A program made the translations under genes and the position numbers. A stretch of DNA of 32,000 nucleotides from Methylorubrum extorquens (lineage in GTDB: Bacteria > Pseudomonadota > Alphaproteobacteria > Rhizobiales > Beijerinckiaceae): positions 3,390,001 to 3,422,000 of the forward strand of contig LT962688.1 of assembly GCA_900234795.1 (NCBI GenBank), in the 5' to 3' direction. Below the pieces are notes generated by a model that was not told where the DNA came from, did not search any database, and saw nothing but the letters and a program-made list of their open reading frames with translations. Positions 15,642 to 24,195 of the stretch are shown here, in pieces; the stretch's first letter is position 1; each line of letters begins with the position of its first letter.

Positions 15642-16001
15642 ATGACGGCCGGTCGGCAGCGGGTGCGCGGCGCTCTCCTCGCCTTTTCCGGCCTTCTCGG
15701 CAGCCCCGTCTTCGCGGCTGACCTGCCGGTGTTCGAGCCCGGTCCGCCCGTGGGGGCACCCTCGGCCCCGCGCTTCTTCCCACGAGGCGACGGGGATGCC
15801 GAGGGTGACCGGCCGCCCCGCGCCCTGCCCCGTCGTCTCGTCGGCTGCGCCCCGCGCATCGTGCCGGTGCCGACCAACGCGCCGTACGACCCGAGCTATG
15901 TCGGCTCGGAATACGGGCTGGGTAAGCCGAGCTATTACGGCTTCCGCCCCGGGCCCGGCTACGACGACCCATTCGACCGGCCCCTGCGCTATTGCCCGTG
16001 A
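15642..16001 (+). CDS. Small exported Pro/Tyr/Gly-rich hypothetical protein
   Basis: 119 aa with signal peptide MTAGRQRVRGALLAFSGLLGSPVFA, two Cys, and no recognisable domain. Confidence 0.5.
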   Translation: MTAGRQRVRGALLAFSGLLGSPVFAADLPVFEPGPPVGAPSAPRFFPRGDGDAEGDRPPRALPRRLVGCAPRIVPVPTNAPYDPSYVGSEYGLGKPSYYGFRPGPGYDDPFDRPLRYCP

Positions 16002-16078
16002 CGCGGCTCGCCCCGCTGGCATCCGGCGGCGGGGGCGCTTACCTCTGCGGCGCGTTTTCCTGCACCGAGCCGTCCCCC

Positions 16079-16936
16079 ATGTCCGATACGACCCTCCGCT
16101 TCGACACCCTTGAAGCTCTGCGTGCGCAGGTCGATGCGTGGCGGAAGGGCGGCGACCGGATCGTGCTGGTGCCGACCATGGGGGCGCTGCATGCGGGCCA
16201 TCTCGCCCTGGTGGCGCATGCCAAGGCGATCGGCCGGCGGGCCATCGTCAGCATCTTCGTGAACCCGACCCAGTTCGGCCCGAACGAAGACTTTTCGCGC
16301 TACCCGCGCGACACCGAGACCGATCTCGCGCTGCTCGCCCAGGCCGGCGCCGATGCGGCCTGGCTCCCCTCCGTCGAGACTATGTACCCGACGGGGTTCT
16401 CCACCCGCATCGAGCCCGGCCCCGCGGCGGAGGGCCTGTGCGGCACGGTCCGGCCCGGCCATTTCGCCGGCGTCGCCACCGTCGTGACCAAGCTCATCAA
16501 TCAAGTGCGGCCCGACATCGCCCTGTTCGGCGAGAAGGACTTTCAGCAGTTGCAGGTGATCCGCTCGGTCATCCGCGACCTCGACCTAGCCGTGACGATC
16601 GAGGGCGTTCCGACCCTGCGCGAGGTGGACGGCCTCGCCCTGTCCTCGCGCAACCGCTACCTCGATCCGCGTGAGCGGCAAATCGCGCCGCGCCTGCACG
16701 CGGTGCTCGCCGACATCGCCGAGCGCCTCGCCCGCGGCATGGAGGCGGCCCCGCTCGTCACCGAGGGCATCGCGGCGCTGGAGGCGGCGGGGTTCGGCCC
16801 GGTGCAGTATCTCGAGATCCGCGACGCGCACACGCTCCAGCCCGTGGCACGGGCCGAGCGGGAGGCGCGGGTGCTGGTGGCGGCCTATCTCGGCAAGACG
16901 CGGCTCATCGACAACGTGGCGGTGGTGCCGGCCTGA
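16079..16936 (+). CDS. panC: Pantoate--beta-alanine ligase
   Basis: From MSDTTLRF: VPTMGALHAGHLALV, VSIFVNPTQFGPNEDF, RPGHFAGVATVV, FGEKDFQQL and ALSSRN are canonical PanC motifs. The 29 upstream codons in the track ORF overlap the previous gene and were dropped. Confidence 0.93.
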   Translation: MSDTTLRFDTLEALRAQVDAWRKGGDRIVLVPTMGALHAGHLALVAHAKAIGRRAIVSIFVNPTQFGPNEDFSRYPRDTETDLALLAQAGADAAWLPSVETMYPTGFSTRIEPGPAAEGLCGTVRPGHFAGVATVVTKLINQVRPDIALFGEKDFQQLQVIRSVIRDLDLAVTIEGVPTLREVDGLALSSRNRYLDPRERQIAPRLHAVLADIAERLARGMEAAPLVTEGIAALEAAGFGPVQYLEIRDAHTLQPVARAEREARVLVAAYLGKTRLIDNVAVVPA

Positions 16937-17106
16937 AGCTCGCCCGCTGCGGATTAGACCAAATCCGGGCGATCTCCGTCGGGATGGCGGGGGCTGAGCC
17001 ACACCTTCCCCGCAGACCTCTGGCAAGTCGGGCGCCGTTCCGACCACGAAGGCGCACCCCTCAGGTAGACGCAGGCTTCGAAACGGCGACGACCGCCATC
17101 GGCGGC

Positions 17107-17240
17107 ATTTGACTGCTCTTACACCATGCACATCAATACATATTTGAAACATACTTCATGAACTGCAGGGTTAATTGGTAGATCTGAAAAAGTTATAAAA
17201 TATATCATTTGATTTATACACGAAACCATCAAATGACGGG
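17107..17240 (+). promoter_or_regulatory. AT-rich promoter/operator region of the TonB-dependent receptor gene, with an 8-bp inverted repeat
   Basis: Hand count: 38 G/C in the 120 nt of 17121-17240 (32%), against GC-rich flanks. tcatttga (17205-17212) and tcaaatga (17229-17236) are perfect inverted repeats 16 nt apart. Palindrome ttcatgaa at 17155-17162. The regulator is unknown. Confidence 0.4.
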
Positions 17241-17270
17241 CCGGACTCCATCAGAGAAGAGACCGAGCCG

Positions 17271-19451
17271 ATGCGGATTTCGTGCGTCATCGTACAGCGC
17301 CGCCGCACCGCAGCTACGCTGTTGTTGCTGCTTTCGACCCCGAGTCTCATGGCCTCCGGCCGCGATGCTCGGGCTCAGGAGCACGGGGCCGACGTCACGC
17401 TCGACGAACTCACCGTGACCGGCGACGGCAGCGCCGCGGCCGGCTACCAGCCGCGGCGCAGCAGCTTCGGGACCGGCACCGAGACACCGCTGCTCGACAC
17501 GCCGGCCAACATCGCCGTCGTTTCCCAGGCCGTCCTGCGCGACCAGCGGGTGCTCAGCCTGGACGAGGCCCTTCGCAACGTCAGCGGCATCGCCCAGACC
17601 AACAGCATCGGCGGCACGCAGGAGGGCGTGGTCCGCCGCGGCTTCGGAACCACCCGCGACAGCTCGATCCTGCGGGACGGACGCCGCACGGTTCTGCAGC
17701 AGAACTTCAGCCACAGCATCGAGCGGGTCGAAGTGCTCAAGGGACCGGCCTCGCTCCTCTACGGCATCTCGGAGCCCGGCGGCCTGATCAACCTCGTATC
17801 GAAACGGCCGCTCTTCACGCGGCAGAACAGCCTCGACGTCACAGCGACGAGTTTTGGCGGCGCGATCATCCAGCCGGATCTGACCGGCCCGATCGAGGGG
17901 ACCAACCTCGCCTACCGGATCGTGGGCGACGTGCAGGACTACGATTACTGGCGCAACTTCGGCACGATCCGCCGCCAAGTCGCGGCGCCCTCGCTGACAT
18001 GGCGGGGTGATGCCACCACCGTCACGATCGGCTACGAGTTCGCCCACTACAACATCCCGTTCGACCGGGGCACGACCTTCGATCCCCGCACCGGTCGCCC
18101 CCTGCGGGTTCCGCGGGAGCGGCGCTTCGACGAGGCCGTGAGCCGGGTCGAGGCGATGAGCCATCTCGGCAGCCTCGATCTCGAACACCGCTTCGACGAC
18201 GACTGGAAGGTGAATACCGGCTTCAGCGCCAGCAATCTGACCTACGACGACAACCAGATTCGCCCGACCTCCTACAATCCGGCCACCGGCCTGCTCACCC
18301 GCCGGGCCGACGCGACCCGCGGCGCCGATTTCAACGCCCAGGTCGCCCGCGTGGATCTGGTCGGCCGGTTCGAGGCGCTGGGCCTGCGCCACGACCTTTT
18401 GGTCGGGGCGATGCACGAGCGGGTCGATTACTATCGCCGGGAGAGCTACCGCGGCGCCAACCAGGGCGGCTTCAATGTCTTCAATCCCGTCTACGGCCGG
18501 CTCGGCGCCTCCGACCGGCTGTCGCTTCCCGCGAGCAACAATCGCGACCGCCTCATCAACACGAGCCTCTACCTTCAGGACTCGATCCATCTGACCGATG
18601 GGCTCATCCTCGTGGCCGGGGCGAGCGCTCAGTTCTACGATCAGCTCGCCTATGCCGGGGTCCCGGCCGTCGCCTCGACGGATATCGACGGGATCAAGCC
18701 GCTGCCGCGCGCGGGCCTCGTCTACCGGATCGCCCCTCACCTCTCGGTCTACGGCAGCTACACCCAGTCCTTCCGCCCGAACGTGACCGACCTCGACCGC
18801 ACCGGTCCGCTCCTGCCGGAGGAAGGCGACGCGTACGAGCTCGGCATCAAGGCCGAGTTGGGGGCCGGCTTGCATGTGACCGGCGCGGTGTTCGACACCG
18901 AGAAGACCAATGTGCTCGTCACGCAGGTGGTGAACGGCACCCGCACGGCGACCACCGCCGGCAAGGCGCGCTCGCGCGGCTTCGAGCTCGACGTGGCGGG
19001 GCAGATCGCACCGGACTGGTCGGTGATCGCGAGCTATGGGTTCACCGACGCCATGGTCACCGAGGATCCGACGCTGGCCGGAAACCGGCTGCTCAACACG
19101 CCGCGGACGACCGCGTCGCTCTTCCTCACGCATCAGGTCGGGCTCGTGGCCCGGGCCACGAGTCTGGGATCGCTGAGTCTAGGCGACGGCTTCCTCGAAC
19201 TCGGATGGGGCTCGCGCTATGTCGGGGAGCGGCCGGGCGACGCGGCCAACAGCTTCACGCTGCCCGATTACGTCGTGTGCGATGCCTTCCTGAGCTACCG
19301 TACCAGCGTGAACGGCCTTCCGGCCGCGCTTCAGCTCAACCTCAAGAACGTCCTCGACGAGACCTATTACCCATCCTCGGGCGCCAGCAACGTGCTGGTG
19401 GCGGTGGGCGAACCCTTCCAGGCGCTCATGACAGCCCGGGTCTCATGGTGA
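17271..19451 (+). CDS. TonB-dependent siderophore-type outer-membrane receptor
   Basis: 726 aa. Signal peptide, then plug motifs (LDELTVTG, IAVVSQAVLRDQ, SLDEALRNVSGI, VEVLKGPASLLYG). Beta-barrel repeats with a terminal aromatic residue (...TARVSW). No FecA-like N-terminal signalling extension. Confidence 0.92.
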   Translation: MRISCVIVQRRRTAATLLLLLSTPSLMASGRDARAQEHGADVTLDELTVTGDGSAAAGYQPRRSSFGTGTETPLLDTPANIAVVSQAVLRDQRVLSLDEALRNVSGIAQTNSIGGTQEGVVRRGFGTTRDSSILRDGRRTVLQQNFSHSIERVEVLKGPASLLYGISEPGGLINLVSKRPLFTRQNSLDVTATSFGGAIIQPDLTGPIEGTNLAYRIVGDVQDYDYWRNFGTIRRQVAAPSLTWRGDATTVTIGYEFAHYNIPFDRGTTFDPRTGRPLRVPRERRFDEAVSRVEAMSHLGSLDLEHRFDDDWKVNTGFSASNLTYDDNQIRPTSYNPATGLLTRRADATRGADFNAQVARVDLVGRFEALGLRHDLLVGAMHERVDYYRRESYRGANQGGFNVFNPVYGRLGASDRLSLPASNNRDRLINTSLYLQDSIHLTDGLILVAGASAQFYDQLAYAGVPAVASTDIDGIKPLPRAGLVYRIAPHLSVYGSYTQSFRPNVTDLDRTGPLLPEEGDAYELGIKAELGAGLHVTGAVFDTEKTNVLVTQVVNGTRTATTAGKARSRGFELDVAGQIAPDWSVIASYGFTDAMVTEDPTLAGNRLLNTPRTTASLFLTHQVGLVARATSLGSLSLGDGFLELGWGSRYVGERPGDAANSFTLPDYVVCDAFLSYRTSVNGLPAALQLNLKNVLDETYYPSSGASNVLVAVGEPFQALMTARVSW

Positions 19452-19461
19452 GGCTCAGGCT

Positions 19462-19494
19462 CAGGGACGGCTCGGAAGGACCGCGCCGTCCCTG
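19462..19494. terminator. Hairpin between the convergent receptor and cysI genes (possible bidirectional terminator)
   Basis: cagggacggc (19462-19471) and gccgtccctg (19485-19494) form a perfect 10-bp stem with a 13-nt loop. No clear U-tract. Confidence 0.45.
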
Positions 19495-19514
19495 ACGGTA
19501 GAGCATCGGGCCGG

Positions 19515-21353
19515 TCAGGCGGCCCGCAGCGGCCCCGTGCGCTCGTGGAAGTCAGGGCCGTTGCTGGTCTTGGCCACGAAGCCGGCGCGGATCACGAAAT
19601 CCCCGAAGTGCTCGCCGGGCTGCCGGTCCTTGGCATAGGCGGCGAAGAGCGGGTCCAGGGTGCCCTTGATCTCGGAGGCGGTGACGTCCTCGCGGTAGAG
19701 CTTGCTCAGCCGGGAGCCGTCGAAGGCAGCGCCGAGATAGAGGTGGTAGCGCTCGGGGCCGCGGCCGACGAGGCCGATCTCCGAGATGAAGGGCCGGGCG
19801 CAGCCGTTGGGGCAGCCGGTCGAGCGGATGGTGATCGGCTCGTCCTGCAGCCCGTGGCGGGCGAGGCTCTCCTCCAGCTCGGAGAGGAGATCGGGCAGGT
19901 AGCGCTCGCTCTCGGCCAGCGCCAGACCGCAGGTCGGCAGGGCGACGCAGGCCATGGAGTTGCGGCGCAGCGCCGAAGCCCCACGGGTCAGGCCGTACTC
20001 ATCGACCAGCGCGTCGATCTCGGCGCGCTTGCCCGCGGGCACGTTGGCAATGATGACGTTCTGGTTGCCGGTGAGGCGGAAATCGCCCTCGTGCACCTCG
20101 GCGATGCGGCGCAGGCCCGAGAGGAATTGCGGCCCCCCCTCGATGTCCTTGATCCGGCCCGACGGCACGTAGAGCGTCAGGTGGTGGCGCCCGTCGTCGC
20201 CCTCGACCCAGCCGTAGCGGTCGCCGTTGCCGTCGAAGGTGAAGGGCTTCGGGGCGCCGAGCTTCTTGCCGATCCGCTTCTCGACCTCGGCCCGGAACGC
20301 GTCGAGGCCGAAGCGCTCGATCGTGTACTTGAGCCGGGCGTTCTTGCGGTTCTTGCGGTTGCCCCAGTCACGCTGGACCGTCATCACGGCTTCGGCCGCC
20401 TTCAGCGCATCCTCGGGCTGCACGAAGCCGAGGACGTCGGCGGTGCGCGGAAACGTGTCGGTCTCGCCATGGGTCATGCCCATGCCGCCGCCGACGGTGA
20501 CGTTCCAGCCGGTGACCCGATTCTTCTTGTCGAGGATGGCGATGAAGCCGAGGTCGTGGGCGAAGATGTCGACCTCGTTGGAGGGCGGCACCGCGACCAC
20601 GGTCTTGAACTTCCGCGGCAGGTAGGTCTTGCCGTAGACAGGCTCGATCTCGGCTGCATCCTCGCCGCCGACCACGCGCTCGCCGTCGAGCCAGATCTCA
20701 CGCCACGCGCCGGTCTTCGGCAGCAGGGTGTCGGAGATGTCCTTGGCGAGCTGGAGCGCGATCTTGTGAGCGCCGGCCTGGGCCGGGTTGGTCGCGGCCA
20801 TGACGTTGCGGTTGACGTCGCCGCAGGCGGCGATGGTGTCGAGCAGCGCCGAGTCGATCGCCGCCATGGTCCGCTTGAGGTTCGACTTGATGACGCCGTG
20901 ATACTGGAACGTCTGCCGGGTCGTCGCCCGCAGGGCGCTGCCGGCATAGGTCGTGGCGATGTTGTCGAGGATCAGCCACTGCTTGGGCGTCACGACGCCG
21001 CCCGCGATGCGCAGGCGGATCATGAAGCTGTAGGCCTTCTCGAGCTTCTTCTTGGTGCGCTCCGCCCGGATGTCCCGGTCGTCCTGCATGTACATGCCAT
21101 GGAACTTGACGAGCTGGCCGTCATCCTCGGAGATCGCGCCGGTGGCGTGCTTGAGGAGCCCGTCGGCGAGCCCGCCGCGCAGGTAGCCGCTGGCGATCTT
21201 CAGGTGCTCGTTATGGGCGAGCCCGGCGGCCCGCGCGGCCTCGGCCTCCGTGATCGGAAGCTCGGTCGGCGGCGTCTCGTAGCGGCGCGCGCCGATGCCG
21301 GGCGTGTCCACGGCGGGGCCGTCTGGGGTTTCGATCGGCTTGTGGTCGTCCAT
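19515..21353 (-). CDS. cysI: Assimilatory sulfite reductase (NADPH) hemoprotein beta subunit
   Basis: The start is taken at MDDHKPIE. SGYLRGGL ... LVKFHGMYMQDDRD aligns with the E. coli CysI N-terminus. Sirohaem/4Fe-4S Cys cluster motifs are MACVALPTCGLALAE and TGCPNGCARP. The 53 upstream codons of the track ORF fall in REP hairpins. Confidence 0.93.
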   Translation of the reverse strand: MDDHKPIETPDGPAVDTPGIGARRYETPPTELPITEAEAARAAGLAHNEHLKIASGYLRGGLADGLLKHATGAISEDDGQLVKFHGMYMQDDRDIRAERTKKKLEKAYSFMIRLRIAGGVVTPKQWLILDNIATTYAGSALRATTRQTFQYHGVIKSNLKRTMAAIDSALLDTIAACGDVNRNVMAATNPAQAGAHKIALQLAKDISDTLLPKTGAWREIWLDGERVVGGEDAAEIEPVYGKTYLPRKFKTVVAVPPSNEVDIFAHDLGFIAILDKKNRVTGWNVTVGGGMGMTHGETDTFPRTADVLGFVQPEDALKAAEAVMTVQRDWGNRKNRKNARLKYTIERFGLDAFRAEVEKRIGKKLGAPKPFTFDGNGDRYGWVEGDDGRHHLTLYVPSGRIKDIEGGPQFLSGLRRIAEVHEGDFRLTGNQNVIIANVPAGKRAEIDALVDEYGLTRGASALRRNSMACVALPTCGLALAESERYLPDLLSELEESLARHGLQDEPITIRSTGCPNGCARPFISEIGLVGRGPERYHLYLGAAFDGSRLSKLYREDVTASEIKGTLDPLFAAYAKDRQPGEHFGDFVIRAGFVAKTSNGPDFHERTGPLRAA

Positions 21354-21399
21354 GGCGGTGATCCGGTCCAGATGCTTGTCTTCGGCGCCGCCGCTGTAT

Positions 21400-21526
21400 C
21401 CCTCTCCCCTCTGCGGGAGAGGGTGGCCCGCGAAGCGGGTCGGGAGAGGGGAGCGACGCTTCCGGAAAGGGCGTTCCCCTCTCCAGCCTGCTCTGCAGGC
21501 ACCCTCCCCCACATAGGGGGGAGGGT
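21400..21526. repeat. Cluster of three REP-like GC hairpins in the cysJ-cysI spacer
   Basis: Three hairpins. (1) 21400-21423: ccctctccc-ctctgc-gggagaggg. (2) ggagagggga (21443-21452) paired with tcccctctcc (21475-21484). (3) accctccccc (21501-21510) paired with gggggagggt (21517-21526). Confidence 0.6.
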
Positions 21527-21539
21527 TCGTCGTGTGCTC

Positions 21540-23327
21540 TCAGTAAACGTCCTGCTGGTAGCGCCGGGCGCGCTCCAGCGAAGCGACATGCGCCTCGGCG
21601 TCGGCGCTGCTGAGGCCCTTCACGCTCTCGAAGGCCCGCACCACGGCGGCGCGCACGTCCTTGGCCATGTTCTTGGCATCGCCGCAGACGTAGAAATGGG
21701 CGCCGCCGTCGAGCCATTCCACCACCTCGGCGGCATGTGCGTCGATCCGATCCTGCACGTAGATCTTCTCCGGCTGGTCGCGGGAGAAGGCGACGTCGAT
21801 CTTGGCCAGCGAGCCGTCCTCCAGCGCGTCCTGCCATTCGAGCTGGTACAGGAAGTCGTGGGTGAAGTGGCGGTCGCCGAAGAACAACCACGAGCGGCCG
21901 GGGGCCTCGGTGGCGCGGCGCTCCTGCACGAAGGCGCGGAACGGCGCGACGCCGGTGCCGGGGCCGACCATGATGATGTCGGTCGACGGGTCGGACGGCA
22001 GGCGGAAATGCTTGTTCGGCTTCACCCGAACCCGCAGCTTGGCGCCGTTCTTGATGCGGTCGGCGACATGCACCGAGGCGACGCCGGCGCGGGCGCGGCC
22101 ATGGGTCTCGTAGCGCACGGCGGCGATGGTGAGATGCACCTCGTCGCCGACTTCCTTGCGCGAGGAGGCGATGGAATAGGCCCGCGGCGGCAGCGGCCGG
22201 GTCACGGTGTTGAGGTGCTCGGCCGTCAGCGTGGTGGGGAAGCGCTCGATCAGGTCGATCAGGTGCCGCCCCTCGATCCAGGCCTTCACTTCGCCGCTCT
22301 CGACGAACTTTTGCGCGTCGGCGTGCCCGGTCGCCTTGGCGAAGCGCTCGACCGTGGTGGGCGAGAGCGTGGTGATGTCGCGCTCGGCGAGCAGCGCCTT
22401 GCGCAGTCCCTCGTCACCCGAGAGCCCGGTCGCGCGCAAAATCTCGTCCACGAGCTGCGGGTCGTTCTCGGGGAAGATCTCCAGCGAATCGCCGGGTTCG
22501 TAGGCCGGCGCCCCATCCTCGAATTCGAGGGCGAGGTGGATCGTCTCCTTGTCGGAGCGCGAGGAGTTGAGGTTCACGTGGTCGATCACCTCGACCACGG
22601 CCGGCTCGCGGCTGACTTCGCCGTCCTCGTCCTCGGCTCCGGCGCGGAAATCGACCGCCACCACGTTGTCGGCCGGCGCTTCCGCTGGCGCCAGCGCCTT
22701 CAGCGTCCCCTTGATCCAATCGGCGGCCGGCTTCTCGAAATCGAGGTCGAGATCGGCGCGGTCGTAGGCCCGCTTGGCGCCGAGCGCCTCGAAGCGCGCG
22801 TCGAGCGCCTTCCCGATCGCGCAGAACTCCGCGTAGCTGGTGTCGCCCAACGCCAGCACGCCGAAGGCGAGGCCGTCGAGGCGCGGCGCGGCATCGGACA
22901 TCAACTCGCCATAGGCCCGCACCGCGCGGGCGGGCGGCTCGCCCTCGCCCCAGGTCGCGGCGATGGCGATGAGCTTGCCGGCCTTCGGCAGGGTGGCCAG
23001 ATCGAGATCGGCGAAATCCACGACCTTCGGCTTGAAGCCCTGCTTGCGCGCGAGCTTGCTCACATCGCCCGCGAGCTTTTCGGAATTGCCCGATTCGGAG
23101 GCGAACAGGATCGTCAGCGGCTCGGCCGCCTTCGGGGGCGCAGCGGGCGCGGCGGCCGCGGTCGCGGGCTGGCCGGCCGCTGCGTCGAGACCGGCGAGGA
23201 AGCCCGTCAGCCACGCGCGCTGGATCGGCGTCGCCGCGCCGAGCGCCGCGTCGAGATGGGCCCGCTCCTGATCGCCGAAGGGAGCCGTGCGGGGGAGAAG
23301 TGCTTGCCTGGACATTGTGGGTGCCAT
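21540..23327 (-). CDS. cysJ: Assimilatory sulfite reductase (NADPH) flavoprotein alpha subunit
   Basis: 595 aa. Flavodoxin-like module (ILFASESGNSEKLA ... ATWGEGEPP ... LGDTSYAEFC), then the FAD/NADPH module (RAYSIASS, GPGTGVAPFRAF, FYVCGD), ending in ...RYQQDVY. Confidence 0.93.
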   Translation of the reverse strand: MAPTMSRQALLPRTAPFGDQERAHLDAALGAATPIQRAWLTGFLAGLDAAAGQPATAAAAPAAPPKAAEPLTILFASESGNSEKLAGDVSKLARKQGFKPKVVDFADLDLATLPKAGKLIAIAATWGEGEPPARAVRAYGELMSDAAPRLDGLAFGVLALGDTSYAEFCAIGKALDARFEALGAKRAYDRADLDLDFEKPAADWIKGTLKALAPAEAPADNVVAVDFRAGAEDEDGEVSREPAVVEVIDHVNLNSSRSDKETIHLALEFEDGAPAYEPGDSLEIFPENDPQLVDEILRATGLSGDEGLRKALLAERDITTLSPTTVERFAKATGHADAQKFVESGEVKAWIEGRHLIDLIERFPTTLTAEHLNTVTRPLPPRAYSIASSRKEVGDEVHLTIAAVRYETHGRARAGVASVHVADRIKNGAKLRVRVKPNKHFRLPSDPSTDIIMVGPGTGVAPFRAFVQERRATEAPGRSWLFFGDRHFTHDFLYQLEWQDALEDGSLAKIDVAFSRDQPEKIYVQDRIDAHAAEVVEWLDGGAHFYVCGDAKNMAKDVRAAVVRAFESVKGLSSADAEAHVASLERARRYQQDVY

Positions 23328-23427
23328 GTCGTCCGCCGGAGCGCCGCTGTCAACGTCGAAACGTCCGTTTTAAAGAACGCCCCGCAGAGAGAAGAGATTA
23401 TTCGCTGTTGCGCTGCAAAAAGGAAGT

Positions 23428-23931
23428 TTATTCTCCGACCACCGCCAGCCGCGGTTCGGCCCGTCCCCGCGGGGGCGGCGCCGGCAGCGGCAGGGCGGTC
23501 GTCGACTTCACCTTCTCCATCGCGAAGCGCGAGGTCACGTTCTTGAGAGGCAGGGTCGCGATCAGGTTCTTATAGAACGTGTCGTAGGCCGCCATGTCGG
23601 CCACGACGACGCGGAGCATGTAATCGACGTCGCCGGCCATGCGGTAGAATTCGAGCACCTCCGGCATCGCTGCGATCCGGTCGGCGAATTGCTCGAGCCA
23701 GTCCTTGGAATGGTCGGCGGTCTCGATGGAGACGAAGACGGTGAGGCCGAGCCCCAGCTTCACCGGGTCGAGCACGGCCACGCGCCGGTCGATCACACCG
23801 TCGGCTTCAAGGCGCTGAATCCGCTTCCAGCACGGGGTCTGCGACAGCCCGACCTGCTCGCCGATGGCGGCGATGGAGAGCGTGGCGTCCTTCTGCAGGA
23901 GCGCGAGGATCTTCAGGTCGATCGAGTCCAA
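23428..23931 (-). CDS. Lrp/AsnC family transcriptional regulator
   Basis: MDSIDLKILALLQKDATLSIAAIGEQVGLSQTPCWKRIQRLE (HTH_AsnC) followed by an RAM/AsnC_trans_reg domain (FVSIET ... FYRMAGDVDYMLRVV). Confidence 0.9.
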   Translation of the reverse strand: MDSIDLKILALLQKDATLSIAAIGEQVGLSQTPCWKRIQRLEADGVIDRRVAVLDPVKLGLGLTVFVSIETADHSKDWLEQFADRIAAMPEVLEFYRMAGDVDYMLRVVVADMAAYDTFYKNLIATLPLKNVTSRFAMEKVKSTTALPLPAPPPRGRAEPRLAVVGE

Positions 23932-24195
23932 GGGGGCCTCTCCGGAGTTTGTGGCGAGGATGGTCTCACGAGGGCGTCGCCCGGAAAGCCGGGCGACGCG
24001 CCCGATCGGGCGCCTCGTTGAGAAGATTATTTTCTAATTGGGCAACAATCCGCCGCGGCGGCCGTTGCAGGCTCGTTCGCGGCGCAGCGGAGGATTGCGT
24101 GCGCGAAAGCACCGCAAGGGCCCCGGCGCCTTGACAGCGTTCGTTATAGCGAACATTTCAGAGCTCCGACAAGCAGGCAATCCGATTTTACGCAC

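Noticed and set aside
17126-17161. An 11-codon mini-ORF (MHINTYLKHTS) inside the AT-rich leader of the TonB-dependent receptor gene
   Set aside because: It has no SD. Short ORFs are expected by chance in AT-rich DNA, and there is nothing resembling an attenuator pairing with it.
17107-19451. Possible horizontally acquired island around the TonB-dependent receptor, suggested by the AT-rich patch
   Set aside because: The low-GC segment is only about 130 bp. The receptor gene itself has the same high GC and third-position bias as its neighbours, and there are no integrase, tRNA or direct-repeat boundaries.
19545-23546. A 1333-aa open reading frame on the plus strand spanning 4 kb
   Set aside because: It is exactly antisense to cysI, the REP spacer and cysJ, both of which have unmistakable motifs on the minus strand. 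Its translation is Arg/Ala/Gly/Asp/Val-rich with no recognisable domain. Long stop-free antisense frames are expected when the sense strand has extreme third-position GC.
24131-24159. A perfect TTGACA upstream of cysH, considered as a sigma-70 promoter
   Set aside because: At 17-nt spacing the -10 would be CATTTC, and the only TATAGC lies just 8 nt away. I cannot support it as a promoter from sequence alone, so it is mentioned only within the Lrp finding.
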